A stretch of DNA of 64,000 nucleotides, taken from positions 14,436-78,435 of the forward strand of contig JAUCBJ010000498.1 of assembly GCA_032718475.1 (NCBI GenBank), read 5' to 3'. Position 1 is the first letter of the stretch. Each line of letters opens with the position of its first letter. Both the position numbers and the translations under genes were made by a program. The DNA comes from Nemertoderma westbladi (taxonomy: Eukaryota > Animalia > Xenacoelomorpha). This document shows, one piece after another, positions 52,130 through 64,000 of the stretch. Below the pieces are notes generated by a model, which saw nothing but the letters and a program-made list of their open reading frames with translations, did no database searches and had not been told where the DNA came from.

Positions 52130-52666
52130 TGTTAGCTTATTCAATCCCGCCAACACCCCATAAAGTTATTAGCCGATAAGCAATATTGGGAGCCACGAGA
52201 TTGGGCAATTAACCAACTCGTGCCATCCCAATAAGAGTGGGAAGGAAGCACACAATAGAGGGTCAGGGGCCAAACCCCTAACCCAGAGAGAACAGGTGGA
52301 GTGAACGGGAATACTCCACGGGGCGCCAACAAGGGTATTAACCAATCAGAGGGGGGAATGGCATCGATTGAGTAGCAGTAAGGCCACCGTGCAATATAAA
52401 CAATAACCTATTAATCAGTGATTCAGTTATCTCAGTGCAGCAGTGCTAGCGTAGGGTACAGCCAATTAGTTTAGTTAGGGGATCACGGGACTTTAGTTAC
52501 CGTATCCCGCCTTGTACACATTCACAATATATCTATATCTTATAACCTCTTATTATACACCGAACTTCAGAACTCAGTTATCTTTATTTCACTCTTATAC
52601 ACGGCGGGGACGCGTGGACTAAATACCACACCGGATAAATCGGGATCCCTCCTGGATCCCGTCACA
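52130..52666 (+). repeat. Putative 3' LTR (537 bp)
   Basis: Starts TGTTA right after the G8AG PPT and ends TCACA. CCAAT at 52342, TATAAA at 52395 and Inr-like TCAGTT 30 bp downstream. No partner LTR in window. Confidence 0.7.
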
Positions 52667-53211
52667 CTAAATGTTTATAAAGTTATTAATGATAACGATA
52701 AAATCAGTGCCTAAATAAAACATTGCGTAAACTGCACATAGGCGCCAATTTACTTAAATTTTCATATGAGTTTGGATAAACCTGTTTCGCTATAAATATC
52801 ATATATTCCCCATTTTCGAAACCGTTCGGTGACTGTTCAAATTGTAAATCCGTTATTGATCAAATAAATTGATGTTGATTGTCTGGGGTTTGATGCGACT
52901 ACCTACAGGTTAAAGAAAGGCGAACTGCGATAAATTAGTAGGTATTAGCAGCACGTACTAGAGGAGCATGTACTCTCCCTTGATTGGGAGAGTGCAGTTC
53001 AAACCTTCGCGAAATTAGTAATTATTTGTAGCAACCTAAGCGTGTTTCATTAGATAATACCAAGGGATGGCTTCGGCTTAGATGTACTCTACTGTACCCT
53101 TACCTAGCGGAATCAATAATTTTACGACTGGTATAATAATAAGTTGTGAGAAAGAGGTAAATTATTGATTACAACAACGAAATGATCTTCGTTTCAACCT
53201 ACAAATGAAGA

Positions 53212-53487
53212 AGAGCACCCAGAGTGTAGGTCATTGATTCATTCAGTGAGTAGAGAGAGCACCCAGGGTGTAGGTCATTGATTCATTCAGTGAGTAGAGA
53301 GAGCACCCAGAGTGTAGGTAATTGATTCATTCAGTGAGTAGAGAGAGCACCCAGAGTGTAGGTAATTGATTCATTCAGTGAGTAGAGAGAGCACCCAGAG
53401 TGTAGGTCATTGATTCATTCAGTGAGTAGAGAGAGCACCCAGAGTGTAGGTAATTGATTCATTCAGTGAGTAGAGAGAGCACCCAGT
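53212..53487. repeat. 44-bp tandem repeat x ~6
   Basis: AGAGCACCCAGAGTGTAGGTCATTGATTCATTCAGTGAGTAGAG. Confidence 0.9.
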
Positions 53488-53569
53488 AACCCATAGGATT
53501 GCATTGATTTTACTTTTTTCCCGGAGAAAAAAAAGTGAAATATAAATATTTATTACATGGGAAAAAAAG

Positions 53570-54385
53570 TAGAACTTTTTTTCCCATGTAATACGTAATT
53601 TTATTCTTAAATTGGTACTTGTTTGTTTTCTCTAATAAAACATAGCGATATACTACAACAGTACAGTAGGCCTAGTGTTACAAAATTAATTGAACTGTAG
53701 TATTTAATTATATTGCTTCCATAGTTACTGCGATTCATATTATTGTACTCTTCAACAATTGATGCAGCCTAACTCAATGTTAAAATAATTTAGTGTTCTC
53801 GAATATTTATTACGTAACTAGAGAGCCGCTTAACAACATAAACCAATATTGGATATTGAGTTCCGTTTAGGAGTACGCCTTGCAGACTCTAAAGTTGCAA
53901 TAACTTTTGAGTGTGTGAAAAGATTTTGCTCAAATTACGTGCAAACCTTTTCTACGCCGATGGTCTTTCAATATATGTAGTAAAATTAAAGTGAAACTTT
54001 TTCTCCCGATTTTTGGGTATATTCGAGCGAAAAAGTAACAATATAAGAATAAAAATATTTTTGTTGGAATTTCTTAAATTAGATGTGTTGAAAGCGCATC
54101 GATGTAGAAAAGGTTTGCACGTAATTTGAGAAAAATCCATTCTCACACTCAAAAGTTATTGAAAATTTATTAATTTATTTAACATTGAGTAAGGCAGCAT
54201 CAGGAGTAGAAGAGTACAGTAATTTGAATCGCAGTAACCATGGAAGCAAGCAAAATACTATATTTCAATTTATTTTGTATCACTATATCGCTCTATATTT
54301 TATGGAAAGCCATGAGCAACAAAAATGTACCAACTTAAGAATAAAATTACGTATTACATGGGAAAAAAACGTAGAACATTTTTTC
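53570..54385. mobile_element. Foldback-type MITE
   Basis: Inverted arms 53575-53760 vs 54195-54370 and 53895-53955 vs 54105-54160. Confidence 0.65.
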
Positions 54386-55043
54386 AGTTACCATTATTAA
54401 CCTCGCTGACGCCTGGTAAATAAAATGCCCCGAGAATAGTGAAAAAATGATTTTTTAATACCTTTTTACCCAAGTAATGTATAATTATATTGTCCGCACT
54501 TTTGTGGTCAATACTGAAGATATACTAAAGAATAACTATTTATGTTACAAAAAGGAAGTAACATTTTTGTCGGAGATGTTAATCTGCATGTTAACCTCCA
54601 TGACTTCCATGAGAGTTCATGTGTCATTGTTGGGGGAACCAATGAGATACTTCCAACGTTATATACACCATGTCCCAGAATATAGTGTCGTAATTCAGTA
54701 ACACGCCCCCCCCACCCCCCCTAATTATTTTACAAATCTTAATGAGATTGCATGAAATTTGAAACAGAGATAGTTTCACCTCCCGACCATTGACTGGGTG
54801 AGCCAGAATGTTTATTATTGCTTTCAATCTTTAGCTACAAGCGTTTAAAAAAGTGTCTCCAGCGATATTACCCCAGATACACCGCATTTGTTCTTCTGCC
54901 TTATAGCTGTTTGTTGATACCAATGGAAAGCTGGCCATGCAAGGATTGCAAATATGTAACACAATTTGAATTTCGTTGAAAAATAGAGATATGAGCGTTC
55001 AAATGTTGCATGGTTTTGCACCGGCGCGAGGCTATTTTATTCT

Positions 55044-56640
55044 ACTACTACTACTAGGTCGAGCGAACTCGGACAGTGGAAATGAGATCCTTCCAGGCTT
55101 CCCGATTCTCCATAGTTGTCGCAATTTCGTTTCTCCCAAGTTCAGTATCCCTTTCAAGTTGATCTATATATGTTATGGCAGGTCGTCCACGACTACGCTT
55201 TCCATGAGTTGGTTGCCAGAGAAGTAGATCTGGTATGACCTCGTCTTTACTTCGCCAGCAGTGCCCACTGAATCTTAATCTGCGTTCACGGAGGGTGGTT
55301 GATACAGGTGGTATTGTACCATAAAGCTCGGCGTTTGTCATGTGTTGTCTCCAGCTGATGTTTAGGGCTGCCCTTAGTAGTCTTGTGTAGCAACCATCAA
55401 TTCGTTGTTCAAGTGATTTAGTCAGTGTCCAGGTCTCACCCCCGTATAAAAATACACTTTCCACTGTGGCTCGAAAGAACTTGGTCTTCAGGTGCCTGGA
55501 GAGATCTGATTTCCAGATGGTATCCATTTTTGATAGAGCTACCCAAGCCTTTGCTTTCCTAACTTCTATGTCCTTTTTGCTACTCTCTATCCATGATCCA
55601 AGGTACTGGAAGTCATAGACCTGCCTTAGTTGATTATTATCAATGGTTGTCAAGTTTCCATCAACATTAAAGGTCATGAATTCGGTCTTGGTAGCATTTA
55701 TATGCAATCCAACCTCCTTAGCAGCCCTCTCCACTTTATTTAGTAGAAGCTGTGCATCTGCTAGCGTATTAGAGAGCAGGGCGATGTCATCCGCAAAGTC
55801 GGTGTCTGTGACTGTAGTTGCCGGATATCTACTACTTCTGCGTTCTTGAAGTGTGAATCCCAGATCTTCACCCTTTGTGGCCGTCCTCATTGCGTAATCC
55901 AGCACAATTACAAATAGTAATGGTGCTAATGTGTCACCTTGCAGTACGCCAGCCAGGATTGAGAAAAACTCAGTTTCACCATCTGGTGAGAGTACCTGCG
56001 CTTCTGTGTCACAATATAGCAATCCAATGCCAGCAACAATTACTTCTGGTATTCCATAAGCTCTTAGGATTTCAAGCATTTTACCTCTATGGATGGAGTC
56101 GAATGCCTTCTTGAAGTCCACAAAAGTCATGACTGCGGGGAGATTCTTTGACTTAATTCCTTCAATCAGTCTCCGTAGTGCAAGTATCTGAGCTATTGTT
56201 GATCTACTTGGTCGAAATCCGTTTTGGCTCTTACGCAGTAGTTTCTCTATGTGAGGCCTAATCCTATATAGAATCATTTTATTGTATATTTTGGCAGCTA
56301 CCACAAGCAGACAGATCCCACGATAGTTTGTTGGTATGCCGAGGTCTCCTTTCTTGGGGAGAGGCTTTAGTTGACCTTTAGTCCAAATTGGTGGTGGCTT
56401 TTCCCCTTTTAACATCCGGTTGCAAACATTCAATAATGGTCTATTTAGCACTCCGGTTTTCCATACCTCCGCTGGGATTTCATCTAATCCACTCGCTTTA
56501 TTATTGGACATGCTTTTAATGCTTCTTTGGAGTTCGGCAGGTGTGAAGTCCCCTGTTTCTATAGGTAGTGTCTTGTCATATATTTTCCTTGTAGGGCTGA
56601 CCTCGATGTTTGGTGGCTGCCCAAGCAAGTTGCTGAAGTG
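55044..56640 (-). mobile_element. RTE family B, young 5'-truncated copy
   Basis: (TAG)n tail; TSD ATTTTATTCT(A) at 55034 and 56641. Confidence 0.9.
55054..56628 (-). CDS. RTE-clade reverse transcriptase (5'-truncated ORF, uninterrupted 524 aa)
   Basis: KASGLDEIPAE, NYRGICLL, QNGFRPSRST, FVDFKKAFDSI, GVLQGDTLAPLLF, DFADDIALL, FQYLGS, RRLRFSGHCWR. Confidence 0.9.
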   Translation of the reverse strand: MLGQPPNIEVSPTRKIYDKTLPIETGDFTPAELQRSIKSMSNNKASGLDEIPAEVWKTGVLNRPLLNVCNRMLKGEKPPPIWTKGQLKPLPKKGDLGIPTNYRGICLLVVAAKIYNKMILYRIRPHIEKLLRKSQNGFRPSRSTIAQILALRRLIEGIKSKNLPAVMTFVDFKKAFDSIHRGKMLEILRAYGIPEVIVAGIGLLYCDTEAQVLSPDGETEFFSILAGVLQGDTLAPLLFVIVLDYAMRTATKGEDLGFTLQERRSSRYPATTVTDTDFADDIALLSNTLADAQLLLNKVERAAKEVGLHINATKTEFMTFNVDGNLTTIDNNQLRQVYDFQYLGSWIESSKKDIEVRKAKAWVALSKMDTIWKSDLSRHLKTKFFRATVESVFLYGGETWTLTKSLEQRIDGCYTRLLRAALNISWRQHMTNAELYGTIPPVSTTLRERRLRFSGHCWRSKDEVIPDLLLWQPTHGKRSRGRPAITYIDQLERDTELGRNEIATTMENREAWKDLISTVRVRST

Positions 56641-57136
56641 ATTTTATTCTATTTAATAAATAAACCATATTCTGGAACATTTTTTTTAAATGTATGAATA
56701 GCTACGTAATAGTATGATTAAAGATGTAATGCATTGTTGCCCAGCTACGTATTTGGATAAACAAAATATTCCAGATTATGATATATTTATTAAATAGAAT
56801 ATAATAGCCTCGCGCAGGTGCATAAACATGCAAATTTTGAACGCCCATATCTCTGCTATTTTTCAACGAAATTCAAATTGTGTTACATATTTGGAATCCT
56901 TGCGCGGTCAGCTTTCTATCAGTACCAACAAATCACTATAATGTTTAAGAATAACTGCGGTGTAACTGGTGTAATATCGTTGGAGACACTTTTTTTAAAC
57001 GCATGTAGCTAAAGATTGAAAGCAAAAATAAAAATTCTAGCTCACCCAGTCAGTGGTCGGGAGGTGAAAAAAAATTAGGGGGGGGGGGGGGGGGTGTCAC
57101 TGAATTACGACACTATATTCTGGGACATGGTGTTGT

Positions 57137-58320
57137 TGTGTGCCATCCAGAGATTTTGTGTCCTCAGCAGTTAGAGCCTAACATGGACTCCCATAAATGG
57201 GTTTCAGTTCTACAGCTGCTCTAAATAATTGGGTCTTAAGTTTCCGACATATTCAATGTGACTTATATATCCTGCCCATGTCTTTCCTTTACGTATTCAA
57301 AGATCCTCATCTGACTTCCGGATCCATGATCCCAGGTAACATAACTCATTAACATGGTCAAGCATACCATCCTTTTATCGCTTGCTCATACATTTCCTAA
57401 GGACTGTCTAAATTGTGAAGTGTCAAAAATGTGGTCTTATTGGAGTTAACAAAGAAACCAACACTAGAAGCAGCCTGTTCTAATGAGCTGCTGTCGATCT
57501 CCTTCTAGTGATTATGAGAGCATTCCTAAGTCATCAGTAAAGTGTAGCTCAGTTAGGTGCTTGGCAGGATTTCCTCGACTTCTGGAGTCAGTGGGTGGTG
57601 TTTCATTACCCAATCGTCATTATGATGATCTAACGACATGTAAACATACGTACAACAATGTAGAACATAGTTAAACACAATTATGAGTAAAAATGTTGCA
57701 ATTATGTTGCCCTGGAGGATTCCCCATAAAACTTCAAATGGATCTGTGACACCATCTATAATGAAAGTATGCTTAACATCCATGAACGAGAGACTGAATC
57801 CAAAGCTTTAGAGAAGTCAACAAACATAAGAGCCAGATGCTTTTCTTTTGTGATAACTCTTCACTTATCCTTCTATGTGCCAAAATGGGCTCCATCATCC
57901 CACGACCATTATGGAACCCATTGATTTCCACATAGCATTATCTGATGCGATTTAATATGAGATATTTAATATGCGATTTGCCTGCATCAACCTGATTGAT
58001 GGCATCAACCTGCTGGTTGATAAGCTCCTGTAGATTATCAGAGTATTGCCTGTTCAGGGACCTAAATGCAGCCTTAACTGCATTCTCGGCCTCTATAGTC
58101 TGTTTGAGCCAGGAGTTTTCTATGACTTTGTGTGATCGTTTCAGCACTTCCGAATTCTGTGGTCTGTTCATTTTTCTGTTTCGAGAGTATACAGGAACTA
58201 TTTCTGCAGCTGCTGCCTCAACTCTGTCTCTGTGTAGAGCGTATATCCCTTGCAGTGATCTGCTGCCTGAGAAGAAAGGGCCTTCAGTTATATCTTATAT
58301 CATCTCTAGTATGAATCTGG
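57137..58320 (-). mobile_element. Old, diverged RTE family A remnant
   Basis: Similar to 43760-44000 and to the reverse complement of 20700-21240; GILQGN motif. Confidence 0.65.
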
Positions 58321-58499
58321 ACTAATTCTTACATTGGCTACATTAAGACGATGATCACTTATGTATTTTTTGTTCTTTCCCTTTTGTTCACTAAAAGTTG
58401 TGAGATTGCTAGCTTATTTGAAAGCAGGTAATTTAATGGTCCACTGCAAACTCAATATCTGTAAATATGGGCGCGCGATAGTATCTTGGTTCTGAACCA

Positions 58500-59372
58500 A
58501 AGATCCCCACCAGTTGTGGTTGTCCTCATTGCATAATCCAATACAATTATTTATTGTAATGGATCCAATATATGGCTTTGCAATTCATTTTCACATCTGG
58601 CTAGAGTACCTGAGCTTATGTGTCACAATATAATAATCCAATACCAGCGACAATTACTGCAGGTTTTCAATAAGTTCTTATGATTTACATTCTTCCCATT
58701 TTATCTCTGGAGTCAAGTTCTTTCTTGAAGCCCACAAATATTGAACTACTGCAGGAATGTTTTTTAATGTAATTTCTTCTACCAATCTCTATTGTTGATC
58801 TATTTGGTATAATCCATTTTGGTTATTACATAGTAGTTTTCAGTTTAGTTTAGTTTTATTTATTTATTTCACTAATACATATATAAAGTACATACAATAT
58901 ACATAACAAAAAAAATTACAATCAAAATTTACGTATTTACAAACAGTTAATTTCCTGGAAATAAGTGCCGGAGCGTTAAGTTTTAAAGGTAATGTGAAAT
59001 TAAAATTTAACTAGGTAATAGTGAAAAGGGCAACACAGCAATATAGCAAAGCTAGTACGTGGCTGTGCGCCGTTTAGAAGGTTATTGACGATTTTAATAC
59101 AGTACATGTGTTCATTAGAATTTCTATGTGAGGTCGGTCTAATTCTATAAAGAATGATTTTGTTGTATATTTTGGCAGCAACCACAAGGAGACTGTTTCT
59201 ATGTAGGTATTTGGTACACCGACGTCTCCTTCCTTTCCTTGGGAGATTTTATCTTGTAGTGCTTCTCTGGAGTTGGTCAGGTGTACTGTAAAGCCCCCTG
59301 TAGCGAGCATCTTGTTACATATTTCATTTTTGGGCTGACCTCAGTGTTTGGTGGCTCGGCTGCCCAAGCAAG
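58500..59372 (-). mobile_element. Old, diverged RTE family B remnant
   Basis: VAAKIYNKIILYRIRP; patchy similarity to 55860-56635. Confidence 0.65.
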
Positions 59373-59522
59373 TTTACATATATATGGAGTATAGAGAATG
59401 GTGAAGTATTATTGTAGGATTAAAACAGTACATAGACCTAAATGTTCTAGTGGAATTGTAGTCTCTCAAAATGCTCACTGATGTTCGCTATAACTGCCAT
59501 TCACTCTCAATAATCTATCGAG

Positions 59523-60204
59523 TTAACCCTATTAGTACCGGGCTATAAAATGTTGTACAACTACCGGGGGGGGGGGGGGGGGGGGGTCATATTTTACCTC
59601 CCCCCCCCCTCTAAAATCTAAAAATTTTAACAATAACGTCTGATTTTCTGTTTGGTAAGAGATTTCACGAGTCTGAATCCTATCAAAAAAAAAAAAATTT
59701 GAAAAAAGTACTTGTGTGATAATTTTGCAGCACCAAAATTACAAATAGTAAAAAATTTTCACAAAATTTGAAAGTTAAAATTTTTTTCGGCTAATTGATT
59801 TTCAATACAGGTTTTCTGGTGCGTAAAATTCATTGGAAAATATTCAAAAAATAATAGGATTAGTATAAATGGATGTAACATAGGCAAAAAATGAAAAAAA
59901 AGTAACCAGCACTTTTCAGTTTCACCACAAAATTTTTTATTCACATATATACGATGCTATAAATTCCCAGTTTTAGGTTTTCTGATGCGCTGATTCTAAT
60001 GGAATACATTTCTAATTTGCCAGATCATTGCTACTCTTATTTTTCGGAGTAATATGGCCAATTTTGGTGCTAAAACCAAATTTCGTACCCATCACGAAAA
60101 AGTACAAGTTTGAGATGTGCAGTGCGGTTTTTATTGATTCCATCGGATTCAGGACCCTCATAAACCCGTATAACGCAAGAATCAAGATGAGTTTCAAAAT
60201 TTAG
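59523..60204. mobile_element. piggyBac-like non-autonomous element, left part, interrupted by the BEL element
   Basis: TTAA-CCCT start; homologous to 10150-10720. Confidence 0.65.
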
Positions 60205-63200
60205 TGTAAGCGGATTCAATTCCTGCACTACGGAAACTACCCAGCGGAAAATGGGCTTAGTGACATTACCAATATAATGTCACCTAATAACCAACTTAGG
60301 CAATCCACATTGCCGGCCACAAGCAAAGTTGAGAGGTCATAAACCATCTCAAGGGGGCAAAGGGGCTAGCACGTGGGGATAGTGGCAGCAGGGAGTGGCG
60401 AGATGGAGATTAATTAGTTTAGCCAATGATGGGACGGGAGAACAGGTGATTGGCCAGCCCACTCAGAACAGTAGAAGTAACTAATATGTGTTAGCAATAT
60501 AACCGTTGTACTTGTTAATTATGATTCAGTTGGTATCTGTAGAATTGTGAGACCGGAACGGTTTTTAACGTCGTCACTACTGTGCTATTATATTCTGACT
60601 GTGCTATTATTATGTTCTGAGATTACAACAACTGGCACTAAAAACTCAGTTATTCAAACGGCCTTCGGCCTTAATATTCAGACTACAGCCTTTCTTTAGA
60701 GCTACTTAAGACTCTTAGACTCTTAGACTCTTAAGTCAGGTGAGGACCTTCGAATACGTAAGGGAAAGGCATGGGCAGCCTTGAATAGGCTTTCCAGGAT
60801 TTGGAAGTCAACGAGAATTAATCGGAAATATAAGGACTGATTATTTAGAGCAGCAGTAGTTCCAGTACTCCTCTATGGGAGTCCATGCTGGGCTCTAACT
60901 GCTGAGGACACCAAATCTCTGGATGGCACATTCACAAGAATGCTACGCCGGGTTCATTGTGTCAAGTACAATGTACACATCTCCAACCAGACACTATATA
61001 ACATTGGAGGTGTCTCATTGGTTCCCCCAAGCTTGACACTAGAACAAAATCGCCTCCGCTTTGCAGGACATTGCTTTCGCTGTGAGGACCAGCCAGTGCA
61101 TAATCTTGTACTTTGACAGCCTCATGGAGTGAATAAGCATGGTGGACAGCCCATGACTTTCTTGAGACGCATCTTAAAGGACACTGGCCTTGAAGATGCG
61201 GATGATCTAGCAAATGTCATGGGTGATACGGAGTTGTGGCGGTGCAATTTTGTCGATAAGCCGGCACAGCATTCTTAAAAATGCAGCTGCAATGCAGCAT
61301 GCCGATCCTAGTAGTAGAGCTACATCCTCTGTGAAAGCAAGAAGGGTGTTAGAAAAAGATCTGGTGTGTCAACTAGACATAGTCGCACTAGACCAAAAGG
61401 GAAGAAATATTTAGTTAGCTAGTGAGGGAGGTTAAGGAGGTGCCACCATGATCAAAGTAGAGTTATGATAGAGTTATGCAATAACCCAACGGATAGGCTG
61501 CTCAGTTAAAGGTCCAGCTGGTGCAAGACGAAAAAGCTAGTAGCATATCTGAGGGCCTACGGAGAATTCCTTAGGGGAGCTGGTAAGGATACCAAGACGA
61601 GACCCACCATCGATCTGGATGGAGCGGCCAAAGCCGTGATACGATACAAGCAAAGGAAGGGATACGGAGACAAGGTAAACTGCATCAGCAAACAACAACG
61701 CCTTCGTCAAGACAGCGAAACGCGCTGTCACCACAATTAGATGAGGATGGGATCCTGGTTATGAACTCCAGGGTGGTAAACAACATCAGCCCCGTAATCC
61801 CACCAAAGCCAGATAGGTGTATAGATTGCTTGCCAGATAGGGGGGGGGGGGGGGGGGGGGGGCAGGGTGACATTCCCCTATTACTGTATCCGCAATACAC
61901 ACAACCAAAATTAAAAACCCCGACCCCCTCAGATCCAAATAAATCGTGTGACACAGAGATATGGAGGGGACCGCTACCCCCGATGATATATCCCACTCAG
62001 GGAAAGTCGACGAACCTGAGGGGCGATGCACAGCCAACGTTGAAGGAGCCTGCATCCTTACCGTCAAGCGCGCTGGAAGTTCAAGCGATGGGAATGGCAA
62101 CACTCATTGACGCGCTGAAAACTAGAATTGAGCTGCCACCCATGAAGCCTTTCAAGTTTGATCATAGCAAACCGGAAGAATATCTACAGTTCCGGAGGAT
62201 GTACTTTATAGTAACCAGATTTTGATGAGAATCTCATACAGGCGGAGTGCCTTAAATATCTACAAGTCTATACAGGGGGGCCAGCCTACGGCATCATGAG
62301 GCAATACAAAGGTATTGAAGGGGGATTCACAACTGCTTGGAGAGCCCTGGACAGGGAATTTGGCCATCCTGCGAAAATTATCCGACAAACCTTAAGGGGA
62401 ATAACATCGAGCGGACTCACAGATAACCCCGTTAGCATCAAGACTTTCGCCAAGTAGAAAAAGCGCTAATAGTCTTAAAGACTCTAGATGCACCTTACGA
62501 ACTCAATGCATCGAACAACATCACCACGATAGCGCAGGTACTCCGATCTGGTTAAGGAATAAATGGAGAAAGATTGCTTTCTCCACACGAGAGAAGAAGG
62601 GTGCGGAGCCAGGGTTGGAGGAGATTTTGAACTTCCTTAACTACGAGGCGGAGTTAATAACAGATCCAGTCTATAGTGAGGACAGTCTAGGTAAGGTAGC
62701 GAAAATGGAATGCAGCCGACCTAAAACAGAACATAGTCCGTCGGATGCATTTCCGAAAGTGAGGCAGTCGCTACCACATGCGGCCACACAGGGGACTACA
62801 AGTCCACAGAGCCCTGGGAATAGAGCCACATCGTGGAAGTGGCAGGGATAGAGACAAGACAACAACACCAGTAGATATAAACCTAATACTCCCAGTAGGC
62901 CGAGTCCAAACAAACAAAACACTAAACCACTCGACGTGAATCTGGACGCAATATGCGATGCGCTATATGAGGAACACTACAATCCCAATTACAAATGTCA
63001 CTTGCATAGAAATGGGACCCATAAGACCATAGACTGTAAGCATTGGCAGGCGTTACTTAAACAAAATCGGATAGCCTCCACTGCACTGGTAAGAATGGAC
63101 TATGTCATCAATGCGTGGTAGGAGGACACAGAAAAGACGAATGTCAGGAACCACCAATTAAATATGCCGAGACTGATGGGACTGGAGGTCAGATGATGGC

Positions 63201-64000
63201 AACGTGCACCATGGGAGCAAGAAGGAAGAGAACAGTACTACTCGGAGTAGTACCAGTGAGAATAATAGGAGGGAACGGGCTGTCGGTTACGACGCTAATT
63301 TTGGTTGATAGCGGAGCAGCGTTCACGCTAATGGAGAGTTGGGTGGCCGAAAAGATAGGATTATAAACCAGGCCAAGTAAAATGGCGGTGACCACGATCT
63401 CAAGTAAAAATGCAGTCATGTAAATGAGGATGGGATGGTTTGGAATCGAAGCGATAACACCAGGGTGCAACTATGGGGCTACGATCGAACCCATAAAAAT
63501 AATAGTCAATCACCATCTCGGCATGGCAACCTACAAAGATCGAGATCGAGCAATACCAGTACCTGGACGACATCAACTTCTCCGTACCTGAACAAGATGT
63601 CCCGAACGTGTCTCTCATAGTCTGCATGGATTGACCGACAGCCCACGAGAGGCTACAAACCATTTTCAGCGATGACAGAGAGCGAGACCCGGTGGCCATT
63701 CTCACGCCATTCGGATGGACGCTCAGTGGCCCAATAAAGACGAGGATCCCGTTTAGCGTGTCCGAATCATCAGGATGCATGCTGTCCGGTACCGTTGAGG
63801 ACATAGAGCAGAAGCCAAAGATGGGTGATGGGGAGGTCCCCTATGGGAAGCGGCCTGAGTAGAAGTCAAGGATGGGTGATGGGGAGGTCCCATATGGGAA
63901 GCGGTCCGAGCGGAAGTTAAAGATGGGCGATGGGGAGATCCCATATGAGAAGCAGCTTGGGGAGGCATACCAAGAGACCGAGATGTCCGGAAGAGACGCC
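60205..64000 (+). mobile_element. Decayed BEL/Pao LTR retrotransposon (5' LTR, gag, protease), continues past window end
   Basis: TGT start with TATA (60498) and Inr (60526). Gag LP..KPFKFD...Y..F, LKYLQVYTGGPA...LDREFGHP, NKW...EAELITDP; zinc knuckles; protease VLLGVVPV...LVDSGA...TPFGWTLSGP. Stops and frameshifts. Confidence 0.85.
60706..61314 (+). mobile_element. RTE family A copy inserted into the BEL element
   Basis: TSD TAGAGCTAC at 60697-60705 and 61315-61323; (TAG)n tail. Confidence 0.9.

Larger units (their letters stand above)
48196..52666 (+). mobile_element. 3' portion of an LTR retroelement with an accessory ORF; no 5' LTR or gag-pol visible
   Basis: Abrupt purine-rich block, single long ORF, PPT at 52120-52129 and a TG...CA-bounded LTR-like segment. 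Confidence 0.65.
54666..57132. mobile_element. Palindromic Tc1/mariner-like MITE interrupted by an RTE
   Basis: TA-CACCATGTCCCAGAATATAGTGTCG...CGACACTATATTCTGGGACATGGTG with ~400-bp arms; related arm fragments at ~12745-12985 and ~16725-16915. Confidence 0.75.

Noticed and set aside
52968-53005. 10-bp hairpin followed by a B-box-like GTTCAAACC
   Set aside because: No A-box or cloverleaf; not enough for an RNA gene call

Overview
AT-rich, repeat-dense animal (probably invertebrate) genomic DNA. No host gene can be supported; nearly all coding signal comes from transposable elements. Non-LTR retrotransposons: two RTE-clade LINE families with (TAG)n tails (many truncated or nested copies, one intact 524-aa RT ORF, and a deletion derivative present twice), a near full-length CR1-group LINE with a PHD-finger ORF1, L2-like remnants and a decayed CRE-like element. 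Other elements: a decayed Tc1/mariner, Harbinger-, piggyBac- and foldback-type MITEs, Helentron/HINE-like elements carrying satellite arrays, and a decayed BEL/Pao LTR element at the right end. The most unusual feature is at 48.2-52.7 kb: the 3' part of an LTR element (PPT plus 537-bp LTR) with no gag-pol in view, carrying one intact 844-aa ORF that joins a DEDDy-type 3'-5' exonuclease-like domain to three canonical CCHC zinc knuckles. Second is a HINE-like element whose 315-bp satellite carries two CTCF-like motifs per unit. All family calls are by eye from motifs, with no database search, and many boundaries are approximate.
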